The notes: generated by a model from the sequence alone, not told the origin. Counted from the first letter of the stretch, positions 34,481 through 45,110 are shown. The stretch: DNA of 64,000 nt from an uncultured Solirubrobacteraceae bacterium (GCA_963820745.1 CAWGBB010000006.1:110415-174414); one strand, 5' to 3'. Program-made: numbers and translations.

Positions 34481-35146
34481 TCAGGAGGGCAGCGCGACGG
34501 TGCGGCTGACGAGCTGCGGCTCGCCGTAGGCGGCGGGCACGACCACGCGCGCGCGGCGGTGGGCGGCGCCGGCAAGGGTGAAGGAGGCGGTGCCCTCAGA
34601 GCCGAGCAGCGCACGGCCCACCGTCTTGAACGCGTGGCCGCCTGCGGGGGCTGCCTGCAGCAGCGCCTTCACCCCCGACCGTGCGACCTGTGCCCGCACG
34701 GTGACGAGGGCGCCGTGCGCCGCGTGGCGTGAGGACACGTGCACGAGCACCTTTTCCGCCGGGATCGCAAGGACCGTCACGACGCCCTTCATCGTCGGAT
34801 GGACCGTGCAGTAGTAGTCGAACGTGCCGGGGTTGGAGAACTTCAGCGAGTAGCCGGCGCCGGCGTCCAGGCGCCCGGAGTTGAAGAGTTCGGTCGTCGA
34901 GGTGACCGTGTGCGGGCCGAGCGTTTCGTTGTGCCAGCTGATCGTCTGCCCGGCAGCGACCGTGATCGCAGAGGGGGAGTAGATGCGGTCGTGGATCGCC
35001 GAGCTGGGTCCGGGGGGCAGCGGCCCGCCCGCGGCCGGCGTGGCACCGATCGTGAGCGCCGCAAGCGCAGCGAGCGCGGCCGCTGAGGGCAGCCGCGCGC
35101 GACGACGTGTTCGCTGCGCCCCGCTCCGATGTCCTGCGACCTTCAT
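34481..35146 (-). CDS. Secreted cupredoxin (plastocyanin/amicyanin-like) with an extra C-terminal domain
   Basis: Signal-like N-terminus; PHTVT and YYCTVHPTMKG type-1 Cu ligands. Confidence 0.85.
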   Translation of the reverse strand: MKVAGHRSGAQRTRRRARLPSAAALAALAALTIGATPAAGGPLPPGPSSAIHDRIYSPSAITVAAGQTISWHNETLGPHTVTSTTELFNSGRLDAGAGYSLKFSNPGTFDYYCTVHPTMKGVVTVLAIPAEKVLVHVSSRHAAHGALVTVRAQVARSGVKALLQAAPAGGHAFKTVGRALLGSEGTASFTLAGAAHRRARVVVPAAYGEPQLVSRTVALPS

Positions 35147-35215
35147 GCGCGCCCCTTGCACCCGACCGGGGGCCACACTACTGCAAGGCCTCGCGCTCGC
35201 GATGCGGGGGCGCGG

Positions 35216-35912
35216 TCAGCCGTCTGACTCGCCCAGCCAGCGGCGCCACGGCAGGGCGGCGCCGGCGCGCGCCATCGCCGCCGGGTCGGGCCCCGGGAGG
35301 ACGGGGAGCGTGGCGACCTCGACCGCGCCGAGCTCGGCGATCGTCGTCTCGTTCGAGCGCTCGATGTCGCCTGGCGCGGCCGGCCAGGGCGTGAGCACGA
35401 CGGCGCTCACGCGCAGCCCGGCGGCCCGTGCGGCCTCGAGCGTGAGCAGCGTGTGGTTGATCGTGCCGAGGCCCGGCCGCGCCGCGACGACGAGCGGCAA
35501 GCCGAGCTCGGCGGCGAGGTCGCGCGCGAGCCAGGGGCCGCGCAGCGGGACCATCAGACCGCCGACGCCCTCGACGACCGCGACGCTCGCCGCCGCGACG
35601 GCTTCACGGGTGCGCGAGACCAGCTCGGCGGTGTCGATCGGCTCGCCTGCCAGCTCGGCCGCCAGGTGCGGCGAGACGGCGGGGCCGAAGCGCAGCGGCG
35701 CGACCGCCTCGCGGTCGGTCCCGGTGATGCGCCGCCAGCAGCTCGTCGTCGGCGGGCCAGCCGGTCTCGGGTGTGTCGTCGAGGCCGGTGATGACCGGCT
35801 TGATGCCGGCCGCATGCTCTCCCGACGCGCGCATCGCCGCGAGCAGGCAAGCGCTCAGGACGGTCTTGCCCGCGGCGGTATCGGTTCCCGTGACGAACAG
35901 GCCGCGCAGCAC
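35216..35912 (-). CDS. bioD: Dethiobiotin synthase; frameshift near 35735
   Basis: FVTGTDTAAGKT, VVEGVGGL, LGTINHTLLT. Confidence 0.95.
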
Positions 35913-35927
35913 CGCAGCGCGCCGCGT

Positions 35928-37411
35928 TCAGGCCGCGCGGACGGTCTCGGACTCGAAGTCGAACAGCTCGGTCGGCGCGCCGGCCGTCGCCTGCCCGAGC
36001 GCCATCCCGACCTCCATGCCCTCACTCAGTGCGGCCGCCGGCGGCGCCGCCTCCGGCGGCCGTGCGGCGGCCACGGCTTGCTCGTCCTGATCGAACAGGC
36101 CGCCCGCGGAATCGCGCTCGAAGTCGAACGGGCCGGTGGAGCCGGCGCTCTGCGACGCCGAGATGCGTTCGGCGCGGACGAGCGCGGTCTCGATCTCGGC
36201 CGGCTCCTCGACCGGCTCGGGTGCCGGCACCAGCATCTGCTCGGGCTCGATGCCCGCGCGCCGGGCCGCGACGCCGAGTGCCGCCGCGGCGTCGCGCAGC
36301 TCGCCCGGGGTGTGCGAGGCCATTGCGGTGAGGCGCAGCCGGGAGGTGCCGGCGGGTACCGTCGGCGGGCGGATCGCCTGCGCGAACACGCCGAGGTCGA
36401 GGGCGTGCCGGCAGAACGCCAGCGCCGCCCGCTCGTCGCCGGCGATCAGGGGCACGATGTGCATCTCGCTCTCGGCGACCGGAAAGCCCTCCTCCGCGAG
36501 CGCGCCACGCAGAGCGCGGGCGTTCGAGCGCAGCCGCGCGACCCGGTGCGGGCGTTCGAGGAGCAGCTCCAGCGCGGCCAGCGCGCCGGCGACCTGCGGC
36601 GGCGCAGGCGCGGTCGAGAAGATCAAGGAGCGGGCGGTGTTGACGAGGTACTCGACGATCTCGGCGCTCGCGCAGGCGTATGCGCCGTAGGAGCCCAGCG
36701 CCTTGCCGAGCGTGCCGATGACCACGTCGACCTCGCCCTCCAGCCCCGCTGCAGCGATCGCGCCGCGGCCGTCCGGGCCGACGTTCCCGGTCGCATGCGC
36801 CTCGTCGACGACGAGGCGGGCATCGTAGATCTGCGCGAGCTCCGCGATGTGCGCGAGCGGGGCGATGTCGCCGTCCATCGAGAACACCGAGTCGGTGACG
36901 ATCACGCGTCCGCCGTTCGATCGCCGTGGCGGCGCAGGCACCAGTCCAGGTGCTCGACGTCGCGGTGGCGGTAGACGACCACCTCGGCGCGCGAGAGGCG
37001 GCAGCCGTCGACGATCGAAGCGTGGTTGAGCTCGTCGGAGAAGATCACGTCCTCGGCCCCGGCGAGCGCGCCGAGGACGCCGAGGTTCGCCAGGTAGCCC
37101 GAGCCGAACAGCAGGCACGACTGGGTGCCCTCGAAGTCCGCGAGGCGTTCCTCCAGCCGGCGGTGGATCGTCATCGAGCCGGACACCAGGCGCGAGGCGC
37201 CGGCGCCCACGCCCCAGCGGCGCGCCGCGTCGGCCGCCGCCTCGCGCACGCGCGGGTGGTCGGCCAGCCCGAGGTAGTTGTTCGAGCACAGCAGCAGCAC
37301 CGGGCGGCCGTCGAGCAGGACCGTCGGCCCCTGCGGGCCGGAGATCATCCGCATGCGGCGCGAGAGACCGAGGCGCTCCAGCTCTGCGAGGCGCTCGGCG
37401 ATCTCGCTCAT
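35928..37411 (-). CDS. bioF: 8-amino-7-oxononanoate synthase with long acidic C-terminal tail; frameshift near 36920
   Basis: [47 protein letters not shown]. Confidence 0.95.
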
Positions 37412-38623
37412 CGTCCTAGCCCACCGGGAGGGTGTCGGGTTCGCGACCGCCTGCCTGCCCCCCGCCATGGGGGGTGCCCCCTGTGGGGTGCTCGGCGCGG
37501 AGGCGCTTTGCGCTTGGCCTTGAAGCGCAGCTGCGTCGAGGGGTCCCAGAGCCTGATCGCAAGTTCGCCGTCGCTCGCGGCGCCCGCTGGTCCGGAGACG
37601 AGCTCCTCGATCACGTCGGGCGTCTCGCCGTCCATCCACCCGGAGCGGTTGTCCGGACGCGGGTTGGACGCGTTGTCGGGCTGGCGCGCGACGTTCAGGC
37701 CCAGCTCCTCGAACATCTCGCGGTCCTCGTGAGGCTCGCTTCCGAGCGTCGTCAGGAAGTTGCCCATCATCACGCCGTTGATGCCGGCCTTGACCGCGAG
37801 CTGTTGCAGCTCGCCGAGGTTCTCGACGCGCCCGCCGCAGAGGCGGAACAGCGCGTCGGGCAGGATCAGCCGGAAGATCGCGATCCACTTCACGGCCTCC
37901 CACGGGTCCATGAACTCGCGCTCGCCGAACTTCGTGCCCGGGTCGCGGGTTGAGCATGTTGATCGGCACGCTCGTGGGGTCGATCTCGGCCAGCTCGAAG
38001 GCCATCTCGACGCGCTGCTCGCGGCTCTCGCCCAGGTTCAGGATGCCGCCGACGCAGGTCTCCAGCCCGGCCTCGCGCACCGCTCGGATCGTGCGCAGCC
38101 GGCCCTCGTAGCGGACGGTCGTCGTGACCTCGTCGTAGTAGCTGTAGGCCGTCTCGACGTTGTGGTGCACGCGCTGGACGCCCGCCTCGCGCAGCGCCCG
38201 CGCGCGATCGGCGGACATGTGGCCGACCGACGCGCAGCGCTTGAGGTTGGTGTTCTCGGCGACCAGCCGCACGCCCTGCAGGTACTTCTCGAAGTCGCGC
38301 TTGGAGAGCCCCTGGCCCTGGGTGACCATGCAGAAGCGGTGCGCGCCCGCGGCCTCGGCGGCGCGGGCGTGTTCGAGGATCTGCTCGGGCTCCATCATCG
38401 CGTGCATCGGCGTGTCCGCCTCCGCGAAGCGCGACTGCGCGCAGAAGCCGCAGTCCTCGGCGCAGCCGCCGGACTTGGCGTTGACCAGCGAGCACATGTC
38501 GGTCGAGTCGGCGAAGCGCTCGACGCGTGCCCGCCACGCGCGCTCGATCAGGGCTTCGATCTGCGCGTGGTCCTCGACCTCACCCAGACGCTGGGCCTCC
38601 TCGCGGGTGATCAGCGGCGGCAT
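37408..38623 (-). CDS. bioB: Biotin synthase (radical SAM) with C-terminal extension; frameshift near 37942
   Basis: [28 protein letters not shown]. Confidence 0.95.
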
Positions 38624-38720
38624 GACGGAACCGTATGAGGCGCGGCGGACGGGTCGGGGTTATGGACACCCGCCCCGGGGCATCACGCGCGCGCACGAGC
38701 GCGCCGCGCGGGTTCGTGCT

Positions 38721-39549
38721 CTAACGCCCCTGCCAGCGCGCCGGACGGCGCTCTGCGAACGCGCGCATCCCCTCGCGCATGTCCTGCGACGCGAACGAGG
38801 CCCGGCGCAGCTCGATCAGCTCCTGCTCGACGTCCGCGGGCAGCTCGCTCTCGGCCGCCAGCAGCGCGGCGATCACGCGCTTGTTGCCGGTCTGCGAGAG
38901 CGGCGCGTTGCCGGCCAGCTCGGATGCGAGCGCGAGCGTCGTCGCTTCGAGCTCCGCGGCCGCGGCGACGCGTGTGACGAGGCCCCACTGCAGGGCGGTG
39001 GCGGCGTCGATGTAGCTGCCGAGCAGGAACAGCTCGCGCGTGCGCGCCGCGCCGATCGCGTCGATGAAGCGGCGCAGGCCGGTGTGCGAGTAGACGAGCC
39101 CGAGCTTCGCGGGCGGCATGCCGAGCTTGATCCCCTCCAGCGCGACGCGCAGGTCGCAGGCGAGGGCCAGCTCGAGCCCGCCGCCGATCGTGTGCCCCGG
39201 AAGCGCGGCGAGCGTCGGGTACGGGAAGGCCTCGAGCGCGTCGATCGCTTCGGTGAACGGGTGCGCGACGAGCGCCTCGGCGCGCTCTTCGAACTCCTCG
39301 TCGGGGATCTCGCCGATGTCGTAGCCGGCCGAGAACATCCCGTGCGCGCCGGTGACGATCACGCAGCGGGTCTCGGAGCCCGGCTGGGCCAGCCGCGCGA
39401 GCGTGGCCGTGATCGCGTCGAGGATCGGGTGGTCGAGCGCGTTGCGCTTGTCGGGGTTGGAGATCGTCAGGCGCACGACCGCCGTCGGCCGGCTCGTCGA
39501 TCAGCAGCTTGCCGTCGGCGAGCTGCTCGTGGGCGGGCGCGCTTGCCAT
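38721..39549 (-). CDS. Enoyl-CoA hydratase/isomerase (crotonase) family; frameshift near 39480
   Basis: DKRNAL, FSAGYDI, GGGLELALACDLR. Confidence 0.88.
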
Positions 39550-39558
39550 CGCGCGGTC

Positions 39559-39772
39559 CTAGTCCAGCACGACGAGCGTGTCGCCCTCGTTGACCGCCTG
39601 GCCCTCCTCGACCACGATCTGCGCTGACCGTCCCCGCGTCCTCGGCTTCGACCGGCATCTCCATCTTCATCGACTCGAGGATCGCGACCGTGTCGCCCTC
39701 CTCGACGGTGTCGCCGACGGCGCACTCGATTTTCCATACGGTCCCGGTGATATGAGCCTCGATGTCGGTCAT
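39559..39772 (-). CDS. Stand-alone biotin carboxyl carrier protein of about 70 aa; frameshift near 39622
   Basis: ITGTVWK, ILESMKMEMPV biotinylation motif, EGQAVNEGD. Confidence 0.9.
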
Positions 39773-39795
39773 CTGCCCTCCGTCGCGCTTGGTCG

Positions 39796-40515
39796 GTGGG
39801 GACAATAGAGAGCGCGAGCGACGGCGCGCCGGAGCTGGACGGCGTGGTCGCCGTGCTCGTCGCCGCGCGCGACGAGGCGGATCGCATCGCCGCCACGCTC
39901 GGCGCGCTCGCGGCGGCGTTCCCGGGCGCCGCGCTCTGGGTCGCCGACGACGGCTCGCGCGACGCGACCGCCGAGCTCGCGCGCGCGGCGGGGGCGCGTG
40001 TCGCCGGCACGGGACGTCCGCTGGGCAAGGGCGAGGCGATGAGCGCCGCCGCCTCGCGCGCCCTCGCCGAGGCGCCGGGCGCGCCGGACGGCGTGTTCGT
40101 GCTCTGCGACGGCGACCTCGGCGGGTCCGCCGCCGGCCTCGCGCCGCTCGCCGCCGCGGTCGCGTCCGGCGAGTGCGAGCTCGCCGTGGCGGCGTTCGCC
40201 CAGCGCGTCGGCGGGGGCTTCGGGGTCGCGCGCGGCTTCGCGCGGTGGGCGATCCGGCGCGCATGCGGGCTCGAGACCGTCGCGCCGATCTCGGGGCAGC
40301 GCGCGCTCGACCGCGCGACGCTCGAGCGCGTGCTGCCGTTCGCCGACGGCTTCGGGATGGAGCTGGGGATGACGATCGACGCGGTGCGCGCGGGCGCCCG
40401 TGTCGTCGAGATCGAACTGGCGCTCTCTCACCGTGCGACCGGCAGGACCGCGGCGGGCTTCATGCACCGCGCCCGGCAGCTGCTCGACTTCGCGCGCGCG
40501 TACGCGGCGCGGTGA
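39796..40515 (+). CDS. GT2-family glycosyltransferase
   Basis: VADDGSRD, GKGEA, LCDGDL (DxD), ISGQRAL, GFGMELGMT. Confidence 0.85.
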   Translation: MGTIESASDGAPELDGVVAVLVAARDEADRIAATLGALAAAFPGAALWVADDGSRDATAELARAAGARVAGTGRPLGKGEAMSAAASRALAEAPGAPDGVFVLCDGDLGGSAAGLAPLAAAVASGECELAVAAFAQRVGGGFGVARGFARWAIRRACGLETVAPISGQRALDRATLERVLPFADGFGMELGMTIDAVRAGARVVEIELALSHRATGRTAAGFMHRARQLLDFARAYAAR

Positions 40516-40595
40516 GTAGGGTTGGCTCGACGGGTGGCCCGCTCGCGCCCGCGGCGGCGTAACCAAAGGCGGCGGGGGAGGTAGACCGGACAGAC

Positions 40596-41379
40596 ATGAG
40601 CGAACTTGCCCCGATGCGCGAGCAGGTCTACACGGACCCGCGTCCGAAGGAGTACTTCGACCGCTTCCACGCGCGCGCGCGCACGCGCGAACCGGACTTC
40701 GTCTACGACATCGTCCGCGTGCTCACCTCGCTCTACGCGTGGACGTTCCTGCGCGCGCGGGCGATCGCGGTCGAGAACGTGCCCGGCGCCGGCGCCGTGA
40801 TCCTGGCGCCCAACCACTTCTCGTTCATGGACCACTTCCTGATGGGCTGCTACATCCGGCGCAAGGTCCGCTTCATGGCCAAGTCGCAGCTGTTCAAGCC
40901 GCCGATGCAGTGGGTCTACAGGCACGGCGGGGTGTTCCCGGTGCGACGCGGCGCGCGCGACGACGAGGTGTTCATCACGGCGCGTGCGATCCTCGCGCGC
41001 GGGGGCGCGATCACGATGTACTGCGAGGGCGGGCGCTCGCGCACCGGCAAACTCGCCGAGAAGGCGAAGCCGGGGATCGGGCGCCTGGCGCTCGAGACGG
41101 GCGCGCCGATCGTGCCGATCGCGATCCATGGGTCTTCGAAGGTGCGGAACTGGAAGCGCCTGCAGTTCCCGAAGGTGACGATCCAGTACGGCGAGCCGAT
41201 GCGCTGGGAGCCGATCGAGAACGCGACGCGCGAGCAGCAGCAGGCGGTGGCCGACCAGGTGCTCGCTGGAGATCCGCGGCCTCTACGGCGGCCTCGAGGA
41301 GCACGGCCGGCGCGGCATCATGCGCCGGCTTCGCGAGCAGCGCCGCGAACGGCGCCGCACGCCCGCCGCGGTCGCGTGA
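40596..41379 (+). CDS. Lysophospholipid acyltransferase (PlsC-like); frameshift near 41268
   Basis: NHFSFMD (HX4D), FPVRRG, EGGRS; corrected frame ends at TGA 41377-41379. Confidence 0.9.
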
Positions 41380-42122
41380 TGGCCTCGCCCGCCGTCGGCA
41401 AGATCGAAGTCGGCGGCGTGATCCGCAAGGTGTGGTCGATCTACGTCGACCAGGCGTCGGTGCTGATGCCCGCCGCCGCGGTCGTGTTCGTGTTCACGGG
41501 GATCATCTCCGTGGTGCTTCTGCAGTCGAGCTCCGGGCTCGCGTTCCTCGCGCTGCTGATCGGGCTGATCGCCACGACGCTGTTCACCGGGATGGTCGTG
41601 GAGCTCGTCGCCGACGTGCAGGACGGGCGCCGCGACGCGACCCCGGGGCAGCTGCTGCGGGCGGCGACGCCGGTGCTCGGCCCGCTGATCCTGATCGCGA
41701 TCGTCGTCGGCGTGCTCACGCTGATCGGGTTCGTGCTGGTGATCGTGCCCGGTTTGATCGCGCTGACGGTCTGGTCGGTTGCCGCCCCCGTGGTCGTGCT
41801 CGAGCGCCCGCCGGGGCTGAAGGCGATGCGGCGCAGCCGCGAGCTCGTCTCCGGCAACGGCTGGCCGGTCTTCGGGGTGATCCTCGTGCTCGATCTCGCG
41901 GTCGCGATCGTCGTCGGCTTGATCGAGATCGCGGCGGAATCGGCCGGCACGGGCGCCGGCATCGTCGCCCGGGTGATACTCGGCGTGCTGACCGCGCCGC
42001 TGTCAGCGCTGGGAGCGGCGGTCCTGTACTTCGAACTGCGCCGCGCCCATGGCCAGGCCGCGCAGCCTGAGGCCGTGCCGGTCGCGGCGCCCACCGATCC
42101 GAATCCGTTCGGCGGCCCCTAG
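41379..42122 (+). CDS. Integral membrane protein of unknown function
   Basis: ATG overlaps the acyltransferase stop; about 5-6 TM segments; AMRRSRELVSGNGWPVF. Confidence 0.75.
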   Translation: MASPAVGKIEVGGVIRKVWSIYVDQASVLMPAAAVVFVFTGIISVVLLQSSSGLAFLALLIGLIATTLFTGMVVELVADVQDGRRDATPGQLLRAATPVLGPLILIAIVVGVLTLIGFVLVIVPGLIALTVWSVAAPVVVLERPPGLKAMRRSRELVSGNGWPVFGVILVLDLAVAIVVGLIEIAAESAGTGAGIVARVILGVLTAPLSALGAAVLYFELRRAHGQAAQPEAVPVAAPTDPNPFGGP

Positions 42123-42177
42123 CGCGGGCGGCGAGCGCTGAGCGCGGAGTCGACAGCCGAGCAGGGCGGCGGAGCAG

Positions 42178-42749
42178 GTGCTGCGCGCCGGCCTGCTGGA
42201 CGGCGTGCGCGCCGTCGTGGCGACGGCGCCGCAGGCGGGCGAGATCGCGCCGCCCTCGAAGCGCGTCTCGAAACGCTCGGCGCGCGCGTCGCGCGCTGCG
42301 AGCTTGCGCTCGACGCCGAGCCGGACGCGGAGGCGAGCGCCGCCGCCGAGGCGCTCGGTCAGCTCGGTGGAGCCGATCTGCTCGTCGTGGACGGGCCCGG
42401 CCTCTACGCGGCGGCCGGCGCCGAGGCGCCGCTGCAGGCGTCGATGCAGGCCGGCTGGGAGCTGACCCGCGCGGTCGCTGCGGAGGCGATGATCAGCGGC
42501 AAGGGGGGTCTCGTCGTGCTGATCGCGCCGCCGCCCGGCGCGGGCGAGCACGCGGACGGGGCGCGGGCCGGCATGGAGAACCTCGCGCGGACGCTCTCGA
42601 TCGAGTGGGCCCGCTTCGCCACGCGCGCGGTCGCCGTCGCCCCGGGCGATGCGACGAGCCCGCCCGAGCTGGCCGAGCTCGTCGCCTATCTGGCCTCGCC
42701 TGCGGGCGCCTACTTCTCCGGCTGCCAGCTGGACCTGCGCGGGGTCTGA
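42178..42749 (+). CDS. Degenerate SDR-like protein (PECR/AtuB-like C-terminal half); frameshift near 42250
   Basis: LRAGLLDG N-terminus, HADGARAGMENLARTLSIEWA, AVAPG, YLASPAGAYFSG; no TGxxxGxG motif. Confidence 0.65.
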
Positions 42750-42788
42750 GCCCCGCCGAGGCCGCCGTGCCGAGGCCGGCGCGAACGG

Positions 42789-43616
42789 CTAGCCCGTCAT
42801 CCCCCCGAAGATCCCGCCCGTCACGTGCAGCGTCTGCCCGTGCACGTAGTTCGACCATGGCGAGCACAGGAAGAAGATGCCGCCGGCGGCCTCCTCCGGC
42901 GTGGCGGGCCGTCCGAGCGGGATGATCGCCGAGGCCATCGCGCGCATCTGCTCGGGGATCCCGAGCTGCACCTTCTCGCCGCCGATCTCCATCGCGTTCT
43001 CGTCGACCTTCGCCTGCGTGAGGCGGGTGTCGATGAAGCCGAACGCGACCGCGTTGACGTTGACTTTGAACTGGCCCCACTCCTTCGCGACCGTTTTCGT
43101 GAGCCCGACGACGGCGGCCTTGCCGGAGGAGTAGTTGGCCTGCCCGGGGTTGCCGAACGTGCCGGAGGTCGAGGAGACGTTGACGATCTTGCGGAAGACC
43201 TCCCTGCCTTCCTCGCGCTCCTTCTTGGCCGGCTCGCGCAGGTGCGGCGCGGCGGCACGGATCACGCGGAAGGGCACGATCGTGTGGATGTCGAGCATCG
43301 CCTGGAAGTGCTCGTCGGTCATCTTGTGGACCGGTTCGTCGATCGTGTAGCCGGCGTTGTTGACGATGATGTCGATCTTCCCGAACGAGTCGATCGCGGT
43401 CTTGACGAGCTCGTCGGCGGCGCCGGGCTTCGTCAGGTCGCCGGCGTAGACGGCGGTCTCGCCCGCGATCTCGGAGGCGGCCTGCTGGGCCACGTCGCCG
43501 TCGAGGTCGTTGATCAGGACCTGCGCGCCCTCGGCGGACAGCATCTCCGCGGTGGCGCGGCCGATGCCGCGAGCCGAGCCCGTGACGATCGCGGACTTGC
43601 CGTCGAGTACTCCCAT
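42789..43616 (-). CDS. SDR-family 3-oxoacyl reductase-like
   Basis: TGSARGIG, NNAG, YSSGK; AGGAG RBS. Confidence 0.92.
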   Translation of the reverse strand: MGVLDGKSAIVTGSARGIGRATAEMLSAEGAQVLINDLDGDVAQQAASEIAGETAVYAGDLTKPGAADELVKTAIDSFGKIDIIVNNAGYTIDEPVHKMTDEHFQAMLDIHTIVPFRVIRAAAPHLREPAKKEREEGREVFRKIVNVSSTSGTFGNPGQANYSSGKAAVVGLTKTVAKEWGQFKVNVNAVAFGFIDTRLTQAKVDENAMEIGGEKVQLGIPEQMRAMASAIIPLGRPATPEEAAGGIFFLCSPWSNYVHGQTLHVTGGIFGGMTG

Positions 43617-43675
43617 AGCTGTTGCGTCTCCTTGTTTTCCGGTTGGGGAGCGCGGAGGTTATCCGAGGGCCGGTG

Positions 43676-44104
43676 TCAGACCATCAGCTCGAAGGCGACG
43701 CCGAGCGATCGGTAGGTGCGCGCCGCCCGGGCATCGCGCGTGGTGAGACTCAGCCCGTGCTCGGCTGCCCCGAGTGCGATCAGCGCGTCGTAGATCGATC
43801 CGCCCGACAGGCCTGCGTCAGCCAGGCGCGCGGGCAGGGCGGCGTAGGCACCCGGCGCGAGCCCGACCGTCTTCTTGGGGAGTTGCCGCTCGAGTGCCTC
43901 CGCGGCCACTCGCGGCTGTACGCGCGGTCGGGGTGCGGCACCTCGTGAGGACGCCGTACGCCTCGGCGAGAACGTGGGACACGACTGCGCTCGTGCCGCG
44001 TAGCGCGCGGGCACACCGCTCGTGCGCCTCGTGTCTGATCAGGAGAGCCGGCACGACGACGCTCGTGTCGGTCGCTCGGTCGGGAAAAGCGCGGTACTGC
44101 TCAC
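43676..44104 (-). CDS. vapC: PIN-domain (VapC) toxin; frameshifted
   Basis: DTSVVVPAL, HVLAEAYGVLTR, GGSIYDALI, LTTRDARA; GTG start overlaps the antitoxin stop. Confidence 0.8.
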
Positions 44105-44354
44105 CGCCGTTCCCGCACCGCTTCAAGGGTCTGCGGATCTGCTCGTCGGTGATGGTCGTCCCGGCGGTTTCGATCACGGGCCCGTGCGGGCCCTCGACGA
44201 TGCGTGCCGAGGACTCGGGCGGAGAGAGCTCGAGACGTCCGTCGACGACGTCGACGTCGAGCGGCGTGTCCGGCGTCAGTCCGAGCTCATCGCGCATCGC
44301 CTTCGGAACGACGATACGTCGGCTCGGCCCTGCCTTGTCGATCGTGACGCGCAT
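44101..44354 (-). CDS. vapB: AbrB/MazE/SpoVT-family antitoxin; frameshift near 44130
   Basis: MRVTIDKAG..RIVVPKAMRDELGLTPDTPL. Confidence 0.85.
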
Positions 44355-44381
44355 GGCATCAGAGATACCATCGCGATGGTA
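44354..44381. promoter_or_regulatory. Candidate toxin-antitoxin autoregulatory operator
   Basis: Perfect palindrome TACCATCGCGATGGTA (44366-44381) overlapping the imperfect TGGCATC-aga-GATACCA, directly before the antitoxin ATG. Confidence 0.7.
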
Positions 44382-44395
44382 CGGCGTTTCGCGCC

Positions 44396-45110
44396 TCAGC
44401 CCACGATGACGCCGAAGTCCTGCGTGTAGATGCCGCCGCGCTGCCCGTGGGCGAGCCCGTTGGTGTGCGGCGAGACGCCGATCCCGGTGTCCCGGAAGTG
44501 CGGGTCGAGGATGTTCGCGCGGTGCCCTGAGGAGTGCATCCAGGTCGCGACGATCGCCTTCGGCGAGCCGAGCCACAGGCTGCCCCAGGCGATGTTCTCG
44601 GCGACTTCGAAGCCGACCCGGGAGCTCGAGATGTAGCCGGTGCGGCGCATCCGCATCGCCGGCGTCAGCCCGTTCGGCCCGACGTGTTCGAAGTAGTCGC
44701 CGTAGGCCATGCTCTCGGTGTGCGCCTGGGCGGAGGCGATCAGGTGGACGTTCCAGTGCAGCGCGCGCTCGCCGTGGGCGGCGCGTTCGCGGTTGACGAG
44801 GCAGAGCGTGGATGCGCGCACGCGCGCGATGTTGTGAGCGGTGGGCCGGAGCGTCGCGTACGGGCAGTGGCCGTTCTTCGCCGTGAAGAAGAGGACGTGC
44901 CTGGCGCGGCCGGGGCCGCTGTGACGGTGCCCGGGCCCGCATTTCGAGCCGTTGTAGTTCGACGAGCGCGCGGATTTGCAGCCTTTGTAGTTCGTCCGGT
45001 GAGCAGCGAGCGCTGAGGCGGCGCCGGCGAGCAGGAACAGCGAGGCGACGTCGCCGCGAGGAAGCGGGAACGGGGCATGCGGGCCTATCGGCCCGCACAC
45101 GCCGCGACAT
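44396..45110 (-). CDS. Secreted CAP (SCP/PR-1) domain protein; frameshift in the signal region
   Basis: CLVNRERAAHG, AQAHTESM, AENIAWG, WMHSSGHRANIL. Confidence 0.88.

Noticed and set aside
36902-38623. BioB-BioF fusion ORF
   Set aside because: Caused by the indel near 37942; the true BioB C-terminus is in ORF 37408..37911
38624-38720. BirA/BioQ operator upstream of bioB
   Set aside because: Only a half-site-like GGTTATGGACA is visible; no convincing inverted repeat
40596-42122. PlsC-membrane protein fusion
   Set aside because: The corrected frame stops at TGA 41379, overlapping a separate ATG
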